This document shows, one piece after another, positions 27,960-37,526 of a stretch of DNA of 41,918 nucleotides (positions are counted from its first letter, which is position 1; each line of letters begins with the position of its first letter). The notes below the pieces were generated by a model. It had not been told where the DNA came from. It worked only from the letters and a program-made list of their open reading frames with translations, and searched no databases. Position numbers and translations under genes: made by a program. Source of the stretch: Candidatus Zixiibacteriota bacterium (lineage in GTDB: Bacteria > Zixibacteria > MSB-5A5 > GN15 > FEB-12); contig JAOUEU010000002.1 of the NCBI GenBank assembly GCA_029858555.1, positions 1 through 41,918 on the forward strand. Reading direction: 5' to 3'.

Positions 27960-30341
27960 CTACATCATATCGTCCGGGTCAACGTCGACCGAGATTTTGA
28001 TCCGCGAGGGGATATCGAAGCGGGGCGACCGCTCTTCCCAGGCGGTGAGTGTCTTCACCAATTTGACAATCTGTGTCGTCTTGCACAGCACCTGCCGGCG
28101 GTAGCTGCCGCGCAGGTAATACATCGGACACGGCGCCGGTCCCATGATGCTGCCGGCGACACCCGCCGAATGAACTTGCTGCGAGAGTTTTTCACGGAAA
28201 GACCGGGCCGCCTCTTCAAGTTTTGCCTCGTCGTTTGCGGTAAGGACGATATTCACCAGCCTCGAAAACGGGGGGTAAGAAAGCGCCTGCCGGGAGGTAA
28301 TCTCCCTCTCGTAGAAACCGTGATAATCCTGCCGGGCCGCGTCTCTGATGACCGGGCTGTCCGGGTAATAGGTCTGAATCAGCACTTCCCCGGGCTTGCC
28401 GGCGCGGCCCGAGCGACCGGCCACCTGCAAAAGTTTGGCAAAGGCCTTCTCGGAGGCCCGGAAATCCGGAAGATCCAGGGCGAGATCGGTGGAAAGCACG
28501 CCCACGAGAGTGACACCGGGCAAATCCAGCCCCTTGGTGACCATCTGTGTGCCGAGCAAAAGGTTGCTTTGTTGTCGGGCAAAATCCGACAAAATGATGT
28601 GGGCTTTCCGACGCCCTCCGGCTGAATCCGAATCGAGTCGAACCGCCCGGGCCTTGGCGAAAAGCCGCGGCAAATTCTCTTCGACCTTCTGGGTGCCCAC
28701 GCCCAGGTAGAGAAACTCCCGCCCCCGGCAGTGCTCGCAGGTATCGTAACTGGCCGCAAGGTAACCGCAGTAGTGACATGTCAGTTTGCTGCCGATGCGA
28801 TGGTAGGTCAATTTGACCTGACACCTGGGGCATTTGGGTACGTGACCGCAGTCGGCGCATTTCAGCATCGGCGAGTGGCCGCGCCGGTTGAGATAGAGGA
28901 TGACCTGCTCCCGGTTGTCAAGTCGCCGCTCGACTTCTCTTTTCAGCGGATAGGAAAGGTACTGCAAATCGCCGCGCAACCTTTCGGTGCGCAGATCGAT
29001 GACCCGCACCTCCGGCAGGGTGGCCCCGGCCGGCCGTTGTGTGAGCGTCAACAACCGGTAGCGCCCCGTCCGGGCGTGATGATAGGATTCCATCGACGGC
29101 GAGGCCGACCCCAGCAGCACCGGAATATCGTTTATCTTTGCCCGCATGATGGCCGCATCGCGGCCGTGGAAGCGCGGTGACGGACTCGTCTGCTTGTAGG
29201 AGCTGTCGTGCTCTTCGTCGACGATGATCAACCCCGGCTTGGGCAGTGGCGCAAATAACGCCGAGCGCGGCCCGACTACGATCTTGTACTTTCCCGAGCG
29301 AATACCCCGCCAGCTTTCAAGGCGTTCCCGTTCATTGATGGCCGAGTGGATGACTGTGACTTCGTCCCCAAAAAAACCGCGAAAGTAGGCGAGGGTGGTG
29401 CCGCTCAGGGCAATCTCCGGTGTCAGTACCAGTGCGCTGCGGCCGGTCTTTATCAACTCGCGGCAGACGTGGCAGTAAACAAGCGTTTTCCCCGAGCCCG
29501 TAACGCCGTGCAGAAGGAAGGGCGCGAACCCGCTGTCCAGGCTCGGCAGCAGGTGAGACACCGCTTCGCGCTGCTGCTCGTTCAGTTGCAGGTGGCGGAC
29601 GTCCAGCCTGGGGAGAATAAAGTCAAGGACAGTTTCTTCGGAATATACCGGCGCCAGCAGGGTTTCCCGAACGGCCTTGCGGATCTGATAATCACTCCAG
29701 CCGCCTTCCTTCAGTTCCGCGCGCGCTTTCACTCCATCAAACACTTCCGGATGAAACCGGCTGGACGAATAGTAGTCGCTCCAGCGGCCGGGGTCGGCCA
29801 CTTTGAATCCACTCACACGCTCCCTGCGCTCCGACTGACCGACCGGCCAGTCCTCGGCCAGCCCGCCCTCCTTAACCAGCCGCGCCAGCAGCCCCAGGCT
29901 CTGCAGTTTCTGTATTGTCTTTCGGGACAGCTTTTTGCCGGGTTTGACCAGCTTTGTGAACGACCGGGGCAGATAGGCCGGTGAGGCTGGGCCCCATACC
30001 AGGCCGGCCTTGCGGTGTGTCTTCAGAACGGAGGGCAGCGCGGAAGCAAAACAGTCAGCCGGATTGGCAAAATAATAGTCAGCCATCCAGCGGCAGAACT
30101 CGAACAGCTCGGGCTCGAAGCACGATGCCTCGTCCAGCAGTCTGCTGATATTCTTCACATCAATACCGGCCGGCGGCTCGGCCTGTTCGATAAAAAACCC
30201 GACCTTCTGCGCGCGACCGAACGGCACCAGCACGCGCTGGCCCGGACTAATAGCTCCGATATGATCCGGTATACGGTAAGTGAAACTGCGGCGGAGCGGG
30301 CCGGAAACAGCTATTGTGGCGAATCTTGCCGTCGGAACCAT
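27960..30341 (-). CDS. priA: Primosomal protein N' (replication restart helicase PriA)
   Basis: Walker A HGVTGSGKT, DEEHD box and zinc-binding Cys cluster CADCGHVPKCPRCQVKLTYH...CHYCGY. Start moved to ATG 30341 (MVPTARF); the track start is a TTG inside the upstream terminator tail. Confidence 0.92.
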   Translation of the reverse strand: MVPTARFATIAVSGPLRRSFTYRIPDHIGAISPGQRVLVPFGRAQKVGFFIEQAEPPAGIDVKNISRLLDEASCFEPELFEFCRWMADYYFANPADCFASALPSVLKTHRKAGLVWGPASPAYLPRSFTKLVKPGKKLSRKTIQKLQSLGLLARLVKEGGLAEDWPVGQSERRERVSGFKVADPGRWSDYYSSSRFHPEVFDGVKARAELKEGGWSDYQIRKAVRETLLAPVYSEETVLDFILPRLDVRHLQLNEQQREAVSHLLPSLDSGFAPFLLHGVTGSGKTLVYCHVCRELIKTGRSALVLTPEIALSGTTLAYFRGFFGDEVTVIHSAINERERLESWRGIRSGKYKIVVGPRSALFAPLPKPGLIIVDEEHDSSYKQTSPSPRFHGRDAAIMRAKINDIPVLLGSASPSMESYHHARTGRYRLLTLTQRPAGATLPEVRVIDLRTERLRGDLQYLSYPLKREVERRLDNREQVILYLNRRGHSPMLKCADCGHVPKCPRCQVKLTYHRIGSKLTCHYCGYLAASYDTCEHCRGREFLYLGVGTQKVEENLPRLFAKARAVRLDSDSAGGRRKAHIILSDFARQQSNLLLGTQMVTKGLDLPGVTLVGVLSTDLALDLPDFRASEKAFAKLLQVAGRSGRAGKPGEVLIQTYYPDSPVIRDAARQDYHGFYEREITSRQALSYPPFSRLVNIVLTANDEAKLEEAARSFREKLSQQVHSAGVAGSIMGPAPCPMYYLRGSYRRQVLCKTTQIVKLVKTLTAWEERSPRFDIPSRIKISVDVDPDDMM

Positions 30342-30354
30342 GACCGGAATATAC

Positions 30355-30386
30355 AAAAAAAGAGACGGCAGGTTAAGCCTGCCGTC
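30355..30386 (-). terminator. Rho-independent terminator of the upstream TPR gene
   Basis: On the minus strand, GACGGCAGG-CUUAA-CCUGCCGUC (9-bp perfect stem) followed by UCUUUUUUUG. Confidence 0.8.
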
Positions 30387-30449
30387 ATCATATTTTTCTA
30401 GTGCAACGATACTTGTGCTCGGAGGGTCACTCCGGCCGGCTCGTTCGGT

Positions 30450-31835
30450 CTACTGGCCGGTCAGCTCGCCCAGTTTTTTCTCAGCGGCCTTCTGCTTTTC
30501 CGGCTGCTTGATTTCGCGGTACAAGTCCACCAGGTTCTCCCAGATGGGCACGTTGTCGGGTTCGAGCTTGACCACCTCTTCGTAAGCCTTGGTGGCTTCA
30601 GGGTAATTCTTCAGATACAAATAACAGTCGCCGAGCGAAGTCCAGTGCTCCGACTCGCCGGGCTTTAGCTCTACCAGCTTGCTGAAGGCTTTGGCGGCCG
30701 GCTCATAATTGCCCCTGATAGCATTGACCACCGCTACCTGTTCAACCGCGTCGGGATTATCCGGTTCAACCACCGCGGCCCTCTGAAAGTAGACGAGAGC
30801 CGAATCGAAGGATTCCATTTGCCGCGCTCGCAGTTCTTTCTCCCCGGCTTCATCGCCGGCTTCCCGGGCTTTCGAGGCATCGACGGAGGCGTTACTGGCC
30901 TGCTGGTTGAAGAAAAGTCCCACCGAGATAAGAGCATCCATATTTTCCGGTTCGATAGTGAGGATCTGCTCGTAGATCATCATCGCCGAATCAAGAAAGC
31001 TGCAGTTGTTATAGCACGCCGCCAGGTTGGCCATGTTGGCGATGTCTGTCGGGGTCATTTCAAGATACTGCTTGAAATAGGGAATGGACTGACAGTACTC
31101 CCCCATCTTGATGTAATTATACGCGATTGAAATCACCAGCGTGGCCTTGTCGTCCGTCAACTCCAGGGCCTTGCTCAACCACTCGATGGCTTCCGGATAC
31201 TTCTCCTCCTGTTCATAAACAGTACCCAGCGCGATATAGGTCCGGTGGTCAGCGGGATCCACGGCGATGGCCAGCCGCATATTGATCAGGCAGGAATCGG
31301 TGCTTGCCTCGAGGCTCGCTCTCATGTATGCCAGCGCCGCCGAGTCTGTCTCCGTCTTCAGGTTCCTGGCCGTCTCCTCAATGCGGTTGAGTTGATCAAT
31401 GCCGTCGTTGTAAAACCGTCGCCAGTAGTCGACGTTGGTCGAATCGGCGACTCTCAGGAACTCCTTGCAGTCCTTCTTGTAATTCGATTTTACGTCCTTG
31501 CTTTCACAGCACAGTTTGAGCGAATCGTAGTAAGCCATCATCTTCTCGACATGCGGCATTTTTGCCTCCGGGTTGGAGGCTCTTTCCACATAGTCGACCA
31601 TCACTTTCCTCATCAAGTCCAGTCCCTCGGCATGGGGGCCATAGTGCAGAAACAGCGAGTCGAGCATTGCGATGGCCGTGGGATAACGCCCGAGGTCACC
31701 CGAAACAATCTCGATTTTAGCCGATTTTATGTAGGCGCCGGCCGGCAGCTTGCGAGGCTTTCCAGCATCCGAAGCCGCGCTAAACAAAAACAGTCCCAGC
31801 GCCGCGAAAAGCGCAGATCTTGTAACAAATTTCAC
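30450..31835 (-). CDS. Exported tetratricopeptide-repeat protein
   Basis: GTG 31835 with GGAGG 5 nt upstream gives VKFVTRSALFAALGLFLFSAASDAG (signal peptide). The rest is TPR units (e.g. YPEAIEWLSKALEL, YPEATKAYEEVVKLEPDN). Confidence 0.75.
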   Translation of the reverse strand: MKFVTRSALFAALGLFLFSAASDAGKPRKLPAGAYIKSAKIEIVSGDLGRYPTAIAMLDSLFLHYGPHAEGLDLMRKVMVDYVERASNPEAKMPHVEKMMAYYDSLKLCCESKDVKSNYKKDCKEFLRVADSTNVDYWRRFYNDGIDQLNRIEETARNLKTETDSAALAYMRASLEASTDSCLINMRLAIAVDPADHRTYIALGTVYEQEEKYPEAIEWLSKALELTDDKATLVISIAYNYIKMGEYCQSIPYFKQYLEMTPTDIANMANLAACYNNCSFLDSAMMIYEQILTIEPENMDALISVGLFFNQQASNASVDASKAREAGDEAGEKELRARQMESFDSALVYFQRAAVVEPDNPDAVEQVAVVNAIRGNYEPAAKAFSKLVELKPGESEHWTSLGDCYLYLKNYPEATKAYEEVVKLEPDNVPIWENLVDLYREIKQPEKQKAAEKKLGELTGQ

Positions 31836-31879
31836 ATTTACCTCCAAGAGTAACCGTGAGTCCTATTTCTAAATCATTG

Positions 31880-31908
31880 AATCTAATTGCACTAATGGCC
31901 CTTGTCAA
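31880..31908 (-). promoter_or_regulatory. Candidate sigma70-like promoter for the TPR gene (TTGACA-17 nt-TAGATT)
   Basis: On the minus strand, consensus TTGACA (31908-31903), a 17-nt spacer and TAGATT (31885-31880), about 45 nt upstream of GTG 31835. Confidence 0.45.
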
Positions 31909-31920
31909 CCCTCATTAGGC

Positions 31921-33273
31921 TTACTTGCCGGTAAATCTTACTTTATACTTCATGACGGCCGTCTGTCCGGCGCCGACGTTGACAGAGGCGGCCATGGTGT
32001 ATGCGTCCTTCTTCATGTACTCGAAGTCGGCCTCCAGGATTTCCCAGAACCCGTATAGCCGCTTTTCGACATCCACTGTCACGGCTTCGTCCTTGCGGTT
32101 GCGGAGTTCGATTTCATACAACCTGTCCTCGACCTGTTTGGATACCAGAATCTGGTTGACCAGCTTTTCTTCGGCAACGACATCGAAAGCGGTGCCGACC
32201 GCCAGAGACAGTTCTTCATTTTTGGGGGTGTGCTCAATCTCGTCTTCGCCCAGGAGGATCAGGGAACCGTCTTCATCAGCCTTAAACATGCGCACACGCC
32301 CCGCCGGAAGCGGCATACCCAGACCGGTGGCTGTGCTGTTCTTGAGCTTGATGACTACTTCGACGTCCTTTGAGTCTAAATCAGGCTTGTACAGATATTT
32401 CTTTTCAACCGCCGCCCGAGCGGGATCAAAAAGGGATATCTGCTTGACTTCCTTATCCGCGACTGTCGCTCTGCGCGGAAGGGTGTAAAGGTGGTATTCA
32501 AAAAACGCTTTTTCCTCGAATCCGGCGCCCGCCGCCGATTCCAGCATTACCATATCGGCCGACCGGGGAACCGGCGGGCGTTTTTTAGCCACCCGATGAA
32601 TATCGCCTGCCACGAGTTTCAAAGAAGCGTCCTCGTAGGTTTTGCCGGAAACATTGTTTATGGCCGCCCAGCCGGACAGACTCAACTGGTTTTCGTCCGG
32701 GTTCAGCACTCCCACATACTCGGCGTTCCAGGTCATTCCCGCCGTCTGGTAACTGACCTTGCTCTCCAACTCGCCGGCGAAGTCCGACTGGTACAGCCAG
32801 AAAAGAGTTGGCCGCGTGATCAGCCCGTCGGGCAGCGACGGGAAGTGAACTTCGGTAATATTGTCTGTTAGGACGATTTTGATACCGCCGGCTTTTTCCC
32901 GAAGGATGATTGAGCCGCTGGCCGCGGATAGGAGCGTCCCCGAATACAGTCGGCCTTCCTTGTCGACCATCTCAATCTCCTTGTCAATATAGCGGTCGTA
33001 GACTTTGGCCGGACTGACGAGGTCAAAAGCATAGTTCTGCTCGAGAATAGTGACATTTCTGCCTGAGGCCGCAATATCGAAGCGCACCGAATTGGCGTCG
33101 ATCCGAGAGGGGACGTCCCGAAATGCCAGCCGGTTCACCCCCTTTTTGAATTCAAGTTTTCTGGTTTCGCTGATTACTCCCAGGTCGCTGTTATAGACGG
33201 TTACCGCCATGTCGTCGGCGATAAGGGTCACCGGCAGGATTGCCAGAACCAATAATAGACTGACTTTTCTCAT
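31921..33273 (-). CDS. DUF4140/DUF4139 (MuiA-like) exported protein
   Basis: Start moved to ATG 33273 (MRKVSLLLVLAILPVTLIADD signal peptide, GGAG 7 nt upstream). VTVYNSDLGVISETRKLEFKKGVNRLAFRDVPSRIDANSVRF fits DUF4140. LSLSGWAAINNVSGKTYEDASLKLVAG fits DUF4139. Confidence 0.7.
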   Translation of the reverse strand: MRKVSLLLVLAILPVTLIADDMAVTVYNSDLGVISETRKLEFKKGVNRLAFRDVPSRIDANSVRFDIAASGRNVTILEQNYAFDLVSPAKVYDRYIDKEIEMVDKEGRLYSGTLLSAASGSIILREKAGGIKIVLTDNITEVHFPSLPDGLITRPTLFWLYQSDFAGELESKVSYQTAGMTWNAEYVGVLNPDENQLSLSGWAAINNVSGKTYEDASLKLVAGDIHRVAKKRPPVPRSADMVMLESAAGAGFEEKAFFEYHLYTLPRRATVADKEVKQISLFDPARAAVEKKYLYKPDLDSKDVEVVIKLKNSTATGLGMPLPAGRVRMFKADEDGSLILLGEDEIEHTPKNEELSLAVGTAFDVVAEEKLVNQILVSKQVEDRLYEIELRNRKDEAVTVDVEKRLYGFWEILEADFEYMKKDAYTMAASVNVGAGQTAVMKYKVRFTGK

Positions 33274-33358
33274 CTTAAGACTCCATTTTCTTATACAGCT
33301 CAGCCGGCCCGCCGGGCATAGACTGCTCTGCTTTTCAGTGATTCTATTGTAGACTACC

Positions 33359-33380
33359 AAAAAAAAGGGAAGATTCTTCC
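33359..33380 (-). terminator. Short rho-independent terminator after the squalene/phytoene-synthase-like gene
   Basis: On the minus strand, GGAAG-AAU-CUUCC followed by C and eight U residues. The stem is only 5 bp. Confidence 0.5.
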
Positions 33381-33389
33381 AGAAAAGTT

Positions 33390-34328
33390 TTAATTTTCGC
33401 GCTGGAAGGCCGCAAGCGTCGACTCTATTGTTTGCTGAATCTGAGCCGGAGGCGGGTTCAGCTCTTCTGCGGTAAAAACGCCAGTGTCCGGCTTAACCCT
33501 TTCAAATATTTGAAGATACAGATTATAGATGATCTCCAGACTGAGCCGATACCGTTGCCGGAGAACTGGGGAAATTCCATCAATGGTGCGGCGGGCCTTC
33601 CGTCTGTAAAATTCCGCCAGACCGCGATATGTCCGCATCAAGCGGCGGAATCCCGGACTGATTCCACCCCCGTTGGCTATCACGGCCAACTCGGCCAGGG
33701 TAATCCCGCTGTCCCGTAAGATACCATCTGAAAAATAGTTAAGGTTGTTCTGATGGTCCTTCTGGAAGTCCCGCATTATGTGCACCAGATAAGAGAATAT
33801 GGCCAGGGGGCGCGCCGCTTTGCGAACATCGAACGTCGGTGCGGCATACTTGCCATCGCGAGACTCCACTCCACAAAGATGCATAAAGACTGAAGCGGGC
33901 GCTACCGCCGCCCCTTCGGCATAGCGCAAAAAGGTCGTGAACGAACGATAGCCGCTGTGCGTCAAATCATAAATCATTGCCCTTATCAGTCTCTGCCAGG
34001 GCCAGAGGGGGATATGGAACCTGTCGATGGTCTGAAGCAGCTCTTCCTGAAGGTCGTCACCCGCCTCACGACGCCTGGTACCCTCGAGCCAGCTGGTCAT
34101 CAACTCAGCGTACTTAAGCCTTTCTTCGGGTGTGACAGTCACGCCGCCGGCCTTGCGGTCGTCGACGAGGTCGTCGATAACGCGCATCGAGCGATAGCAG
34201 ATGCGGAACGCCGCATAGCGGTCGCTCTCCCAGAAGCGAGCGGCAATGTCCAGGATGGGATTGGTCAGAATCTCGCGGAAGTCCAGGTCCGGCGCCAGTT
34301 TGAGTTTTATATCTTCGTTTGACTTCAT
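33390..34328 (-). CDS. Squalene/phytoene synthase family protein (head-to-head isoprenoid synthase fold)
   Basis: First Asp-rich motif CYRSMRVIDDLVDD, and a second region IMRDFQKDHQNNLNYF at the expected spacing. 312 aa. Confidence 0.6.
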   Translation of the reverse strand: MKSNEDIKLKLAPDLDFREILTNPILDIAARFWESDRYAAFRICYRSMRVIDDLVDDRKAGGVTVTPEERLKYAELMTSWLEGTRRREAGDDLQEELLQTIDRFHIPLWPWQRLIRAMIYDLTHSGYRSFTTFLRYAEGAAVAPASVFMHLCGVESRDGKYAAPTFDVRKAARPLAIFSYLVHIMRDFQKDHQNNLNYFSDGILRDSGITLAELAVIANGGGISPGFRRLMRTYRGLAEFYRRKARRTIDGISPVLRQRYRLSLEIIYNLYLQIFERVKPDTGVFTAEELNPPPAQIQQTIESTLAAFQREN

Positions 34329-34403
34329 GGCTGCTCAATCGAATATAACAAATCGCGGAGAGGCCATAAATTTATATTTTTCCGCGTGCGGTTTTTTTTT
34401 AAC

Positions 34404-35609
34404 ATGGAAAATATGGAGAACACCATTCGCCTGCTGGTTGTCACCCACAACTACCCTCGTTACCGCGGTGACTTTGCCGGCATTTTTCTTTCGCTTCTGA
34501 ATCGACGCCTCACCGAGCACGGAATCGAACCGGTGGTTCTCGCTCCCCACGATACCGGGGCCGCGCTGTACGAAAAGGTCGAGGGCGTTAAGATATATCG
34601 CTTTCGGTACGCCGCGGACGAGAAGGACCAGCACTTGGCCTACCGGGGAACCATGCACAAGCTGGTGCTTGGCTCAGTCGGCGGGCTCTTCAAATTCAAG
34701 CGCTTCCTTGACTGCAATCGCAAGGCGGCTATGGACATAATCCGTGAGGAAAAGATCCAGGCTGTGGCCGGGCACTGGCTGATTCCGGCCGGGCTGGTCA
34801 TGAAAACGATTGCGCGGAACCATCGTCTGCCAATGGTGCTTTCTTCACACGGAACCGATATTCGCCTGATGACGCGCTACAGGCACGTCACCTACAGCTA
34901 TTTCAAGAAATTCTGCCGAGGCCTTGACGGCTGGACCGTGGTTTCCAGTTTCCTGAGGGATGAAATCATCCGCCTCGACCCCCGGCTGGAGAAGGTGCTC
35001 TCCGTTCTGCCTCTGCCGCATGACGAGGATGTCTTTTACCGCGACGAGACCGTCATCAGAGACGAGAACCTGGTAGCGTCCGTCACGCGTTTTACCGAGC
35101 AAAAGCGCGTGGACTATCTTATCAAGGCGTTTGCCCTGGTGGCCCGAAACAACGAGCGGGCTCGACTGGAAATCTACGGCAGTGGCCCTCGGCGGCCGTA
35201 TATCGAAGAGCTTGTTCGGGAATTCGGCCTGGAGCAGCGAGTGACCATCCACCCGCCGGTCCCGCAGGATAAGCTCCGCGGAGTCTACAACCGCGCCGGC
35301 ATCGTCGTGCTCAATTCCTTCCGGGAAGGCTTCGGTCTGGCACTCTCGGAGGCTATGCTTTGCGGGGCGGCCGTCATCGGTACCCGGTCAGGCGGAATCA
35401 CCGACATCATCGAACACGAGCGGCGGGGACTTCTGGTCCCCCTTGACGACAGCGCCGCCCTGGCCGCTGCCATCGAGCGTCTCCTGCGTGATCAGCCTCT
35501 CCGGCAGCGCCTGGCCGAGGAAGGCAGGCGTTTCGCGCTGGACCACTATGCCTCCGGTCCGCTGGCCGCGAAGTATGCCGCCATCATCCGCGCGGCCGTG
35601 GAGTCCTGA
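34404..35609 (+). CDS. Glycosyltransferase family 4 (GT-B fold)
   Basis: C-terminal EGFGLALSEAMLCGAAVIGTRSGGITDIIEH is the GT4 E-x7-E region. N-terminal LLVVTHNYP. ATG 34404 preferred over the track GTG 34386. Confidence 0.8.
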   Translation: MENMENTIRLLVVTHNYPRYRGDFAGIFLSLLNRRLTEHGIEPVVLAPHDTGAALYEKVEGVKIYRFRYAADEKDQHLAYRGTMHKLVLGSVGGLFKFKRFLDCNRKAAMDIIREEKIQAVAGHWLIPAGLVMKTIARNHRLPMVLSSHGTDIRLMTRYRHVTYSYFKKFCRGLDGWTVVSSFLRDEIIRLDPRLEKVLSVLPLPHDEDVFYRDETVIRDENLVASVTRFTEQKRVDYLIKAFALVARNNERARLEIYGSGPRRPYIEELVREFGLEQRVTIHPPVPQDKLRGVYNRAGIVVLNSFREGFGLALSEAMLCGAAVIGTRSGGITDIIEHERRGLLVPLDDSAALAAAIERLLRDQPLRQRLAEEGRRFALDHYASGPLAAKYAAIIRAAVES

Positions 35610-35707
35610 GCCACCGGCAGCCGTGATGAGGCCGTAACTCCCCGCACCGGCCGGGCCAGTTTTCGGTTGCCAAAAACCAAAACCTGCGCGTATATTTTAT
35701 TGAGGAG

Positions 35708-36427
35708 GTGAACTTGGTACCCTCAATTGATGCCATAATCAATCGCCAGCTTCTCAAGTGGGAACTGGAACGAAAAAAGGCTCAGGAAGAGGACCAACCG
35801 CGTCTCAAACCTCCGCGAATCGTCACCATCAGCCGACAGACCGGGAGTCGCGGTTCCTACTTCGCTTCGCGCCTGGCCCAGAAGATGGATTACGTGCGCC
35901 TGCATCGCGAAGTTATCGATGAAGTATGCAATTCATCCGGTTACCGGAAGCGGATTATAGAGTCACTGGACAACAAGTTTCGCAGCAACCTGGAGTTGAC
36001 GGTGGAATCGGTGCTCACTGGTCAATCCGTGGACCATTCGGACTATATCCGCCACCTGTTCAAAGTGGTGCTGTCGATGTCACGGCTGGGTGGTGTGATA
36101 CTGGTCGGCCGGGGTGGCAATTTCATTCTCGGCCCCACGCGCGGGTTTCACATAAGGTTTATCGCGCCAAAAGAAAAACGTGTCGAAAACCTTATAAAAT
36201 ACGTCAACGCCACGGAAAAAGAAGCCCTCGCCAGCATCGAGAAGTCCGATACTACCCGCCGGCAGTTCATATCCAAGGTCTTTCATGCCAACATCGATGA
36301 TCCCGGTCATTACGACATCGTCATCAACTCGGAATTTATCGACATCGAAGAGTTGGTGGATACGACCGTCCGCGCGATCATGGGAAAGTTCGACAAGCTG
36401 ACTTACCTCGACCACGATCAGCCCTGA
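35708..36427 (+). CDS. Cytidylate kinase-like family protein
   Basis: IVTISRQTGSRGSYFASRLAQKMDY...D matches the cytidylate-kinase-like (PF13189-type) N-terminus. The start may be TTG 35714, since the GGAGG at 35704-35708 overlaps the first base of the track GTG start. Confidence 0.65.
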   Translation: MNLVPSIDAIINRQLLKWELERKKAQEEDQPRLKPPRIVTISRQTGSRGSYFASRLAQKMDYVRLHREVIDEVCNSSGYRKRIIESLDNKFRSNLELTVESVLTGQSVDHSDYIRHLFKVVLSMSRLGGVILVGRGGNFILGPTRGFHIRFIAPKEKRVENLIKYVNATEKEALASIEKSDTTRRQFISKVFHANIDDPGHYDIVINSEFIDIEELVDTTVRAIMGKFDKLTYLDHDQP

Positions 36428-36444
36428 GCGCGCAGGCCCGGCGG

Positions 36445-36825
36445 CTAAAACTGTTCCGTCCGCAGCAGCACCAGCGTGCAGGCCCGAACCACTTCGATGC
36501 CGGCTTTCTCCAGCTTGCCGGCCAGGGCTTCGTTTTCGGAACCGGGATTGAAGATGGCACGCCGCGGGCTCAGCTTCAGGATGTTGTCAAACTCACCGTC
36601 GGAAATCCCGGCGTTGACATAAAGCGTCACGGTATCGATCGGCTCGGCAATGGCGTCGAGTGATTTTACGCCGGCGATGCCGTCGACGGTGTGCCCCGCC
36701 GGATGTACCGGTATCGGCCGGTGCCCGTGCTCTTTTAGCATCCTGACGGCCTGGAACGAGTATCGGTCCTCTTTCGTTGAAGCCCCGAGCACGGCTACTG
36801 CCGAATGGGCGGGAGCTCTTTCCAT
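36445..36825 (-). CDS. CoA-binding domain protein (YccU-like)
   Basis: VAVLGASTKEDRYSFQAVRMLKEHGHRPIPVHP...VDGI..VKSLDAI..PIDTVTLYV is the CoA_binding_2 pattern. Confidence 0.7.
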   Translation of the reverse strand: MERAPAHSAVAVLGASTKEDRYSFQAVRMLKEHGHRPIPVHPAGHTVDGIAGVKSLDAIAEPIDTVTLYVNAGISDGEFDNILKLSPRRAIFNPGSENEALAGKLEKAGIEVVRACTLVLLRTEQF

Positions 36826-36965
36826 AATTGCGGTCCTCTTGTCAGATTCGTTGACTTCCGTTCTTCAAGTAATAATAAGCAACAGGTAGGGGCGTCAAAT
36901 GTTTCCTGCAAAAAGACGGCCCGGTGGTCCAGCGGGTCGCCCGGCTCACTGCAATCACGAGATTC

Positions 36966-37406
36966 TTACTTCGGGGCCTTCTCAGGGTCGATATCCGCGA
37001 CGTTCTGCGCGAACGTCCACTGGTGACCTTCCGGACAGCGCAGGGCACACATACGGTCACCCCAGAACTGATCGCGCGGCTCCATCATGACTTCGGCGCC
37101 GGCGGCTTTGGCCTTCTGAAAAAACTCATCGACATTATCGACATACAAGTAAAACGATACCGGACTGCCCGAGAGAGTGACCGGCGATTTGGTCCCCATC
37201 TCGGCCGATTCCGGACCCATCATGAACGTGCAGTCCTTGTGGGTCATCTCGGCATGCGTCAGATTACCATCTTTATCGGTTAGGGTGGTCTGAGTCTTCA
37301 AGCCAAACGCTTTTTCATAGAACTCCAGTGAACCTTTGACGTCTCTGACGATGAGGTAGGGGCTCAGCCAACTCATGCCTTGCGGCTTGGGGTTTCTTTC
37401 AGCCAT
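36966..37406 (-). CDS. VOC (glyoxalase/bleomycin-resistance fold) family protein
   Basis: PYLIVRDVKGSLEFYEKAFG...THAEM....FWGDRMCALRCPEGHQWTF is the typical VOC/PhnB-like pattern. Confidence 0.7.
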   Translation of the reverse strand: MAERNPKPQGMSWLSPYLIVRDVKGSLEFYEKAFGLKTQTTLTDKDGNLTHAEMTHKDCTFMMGPESAEMGTKSPVTLSGSPVSFYLYVDNVDEFFQKAKAAGAEVMMEPRDQFWGDRMCALRCPEGHQWTFAQNVADIDPEKAPK

Positions 37407-37526
37407 AGCGGCCTCCTGTTAATAACAATTACCTGGTTAGCCCTGCTTTATGCAGTGTCTTAGACAACAATCTAACCCCCCTATCCGCGAGGGACAATCA
37501 CATACTGCGGCGACATGATCGCCGTC

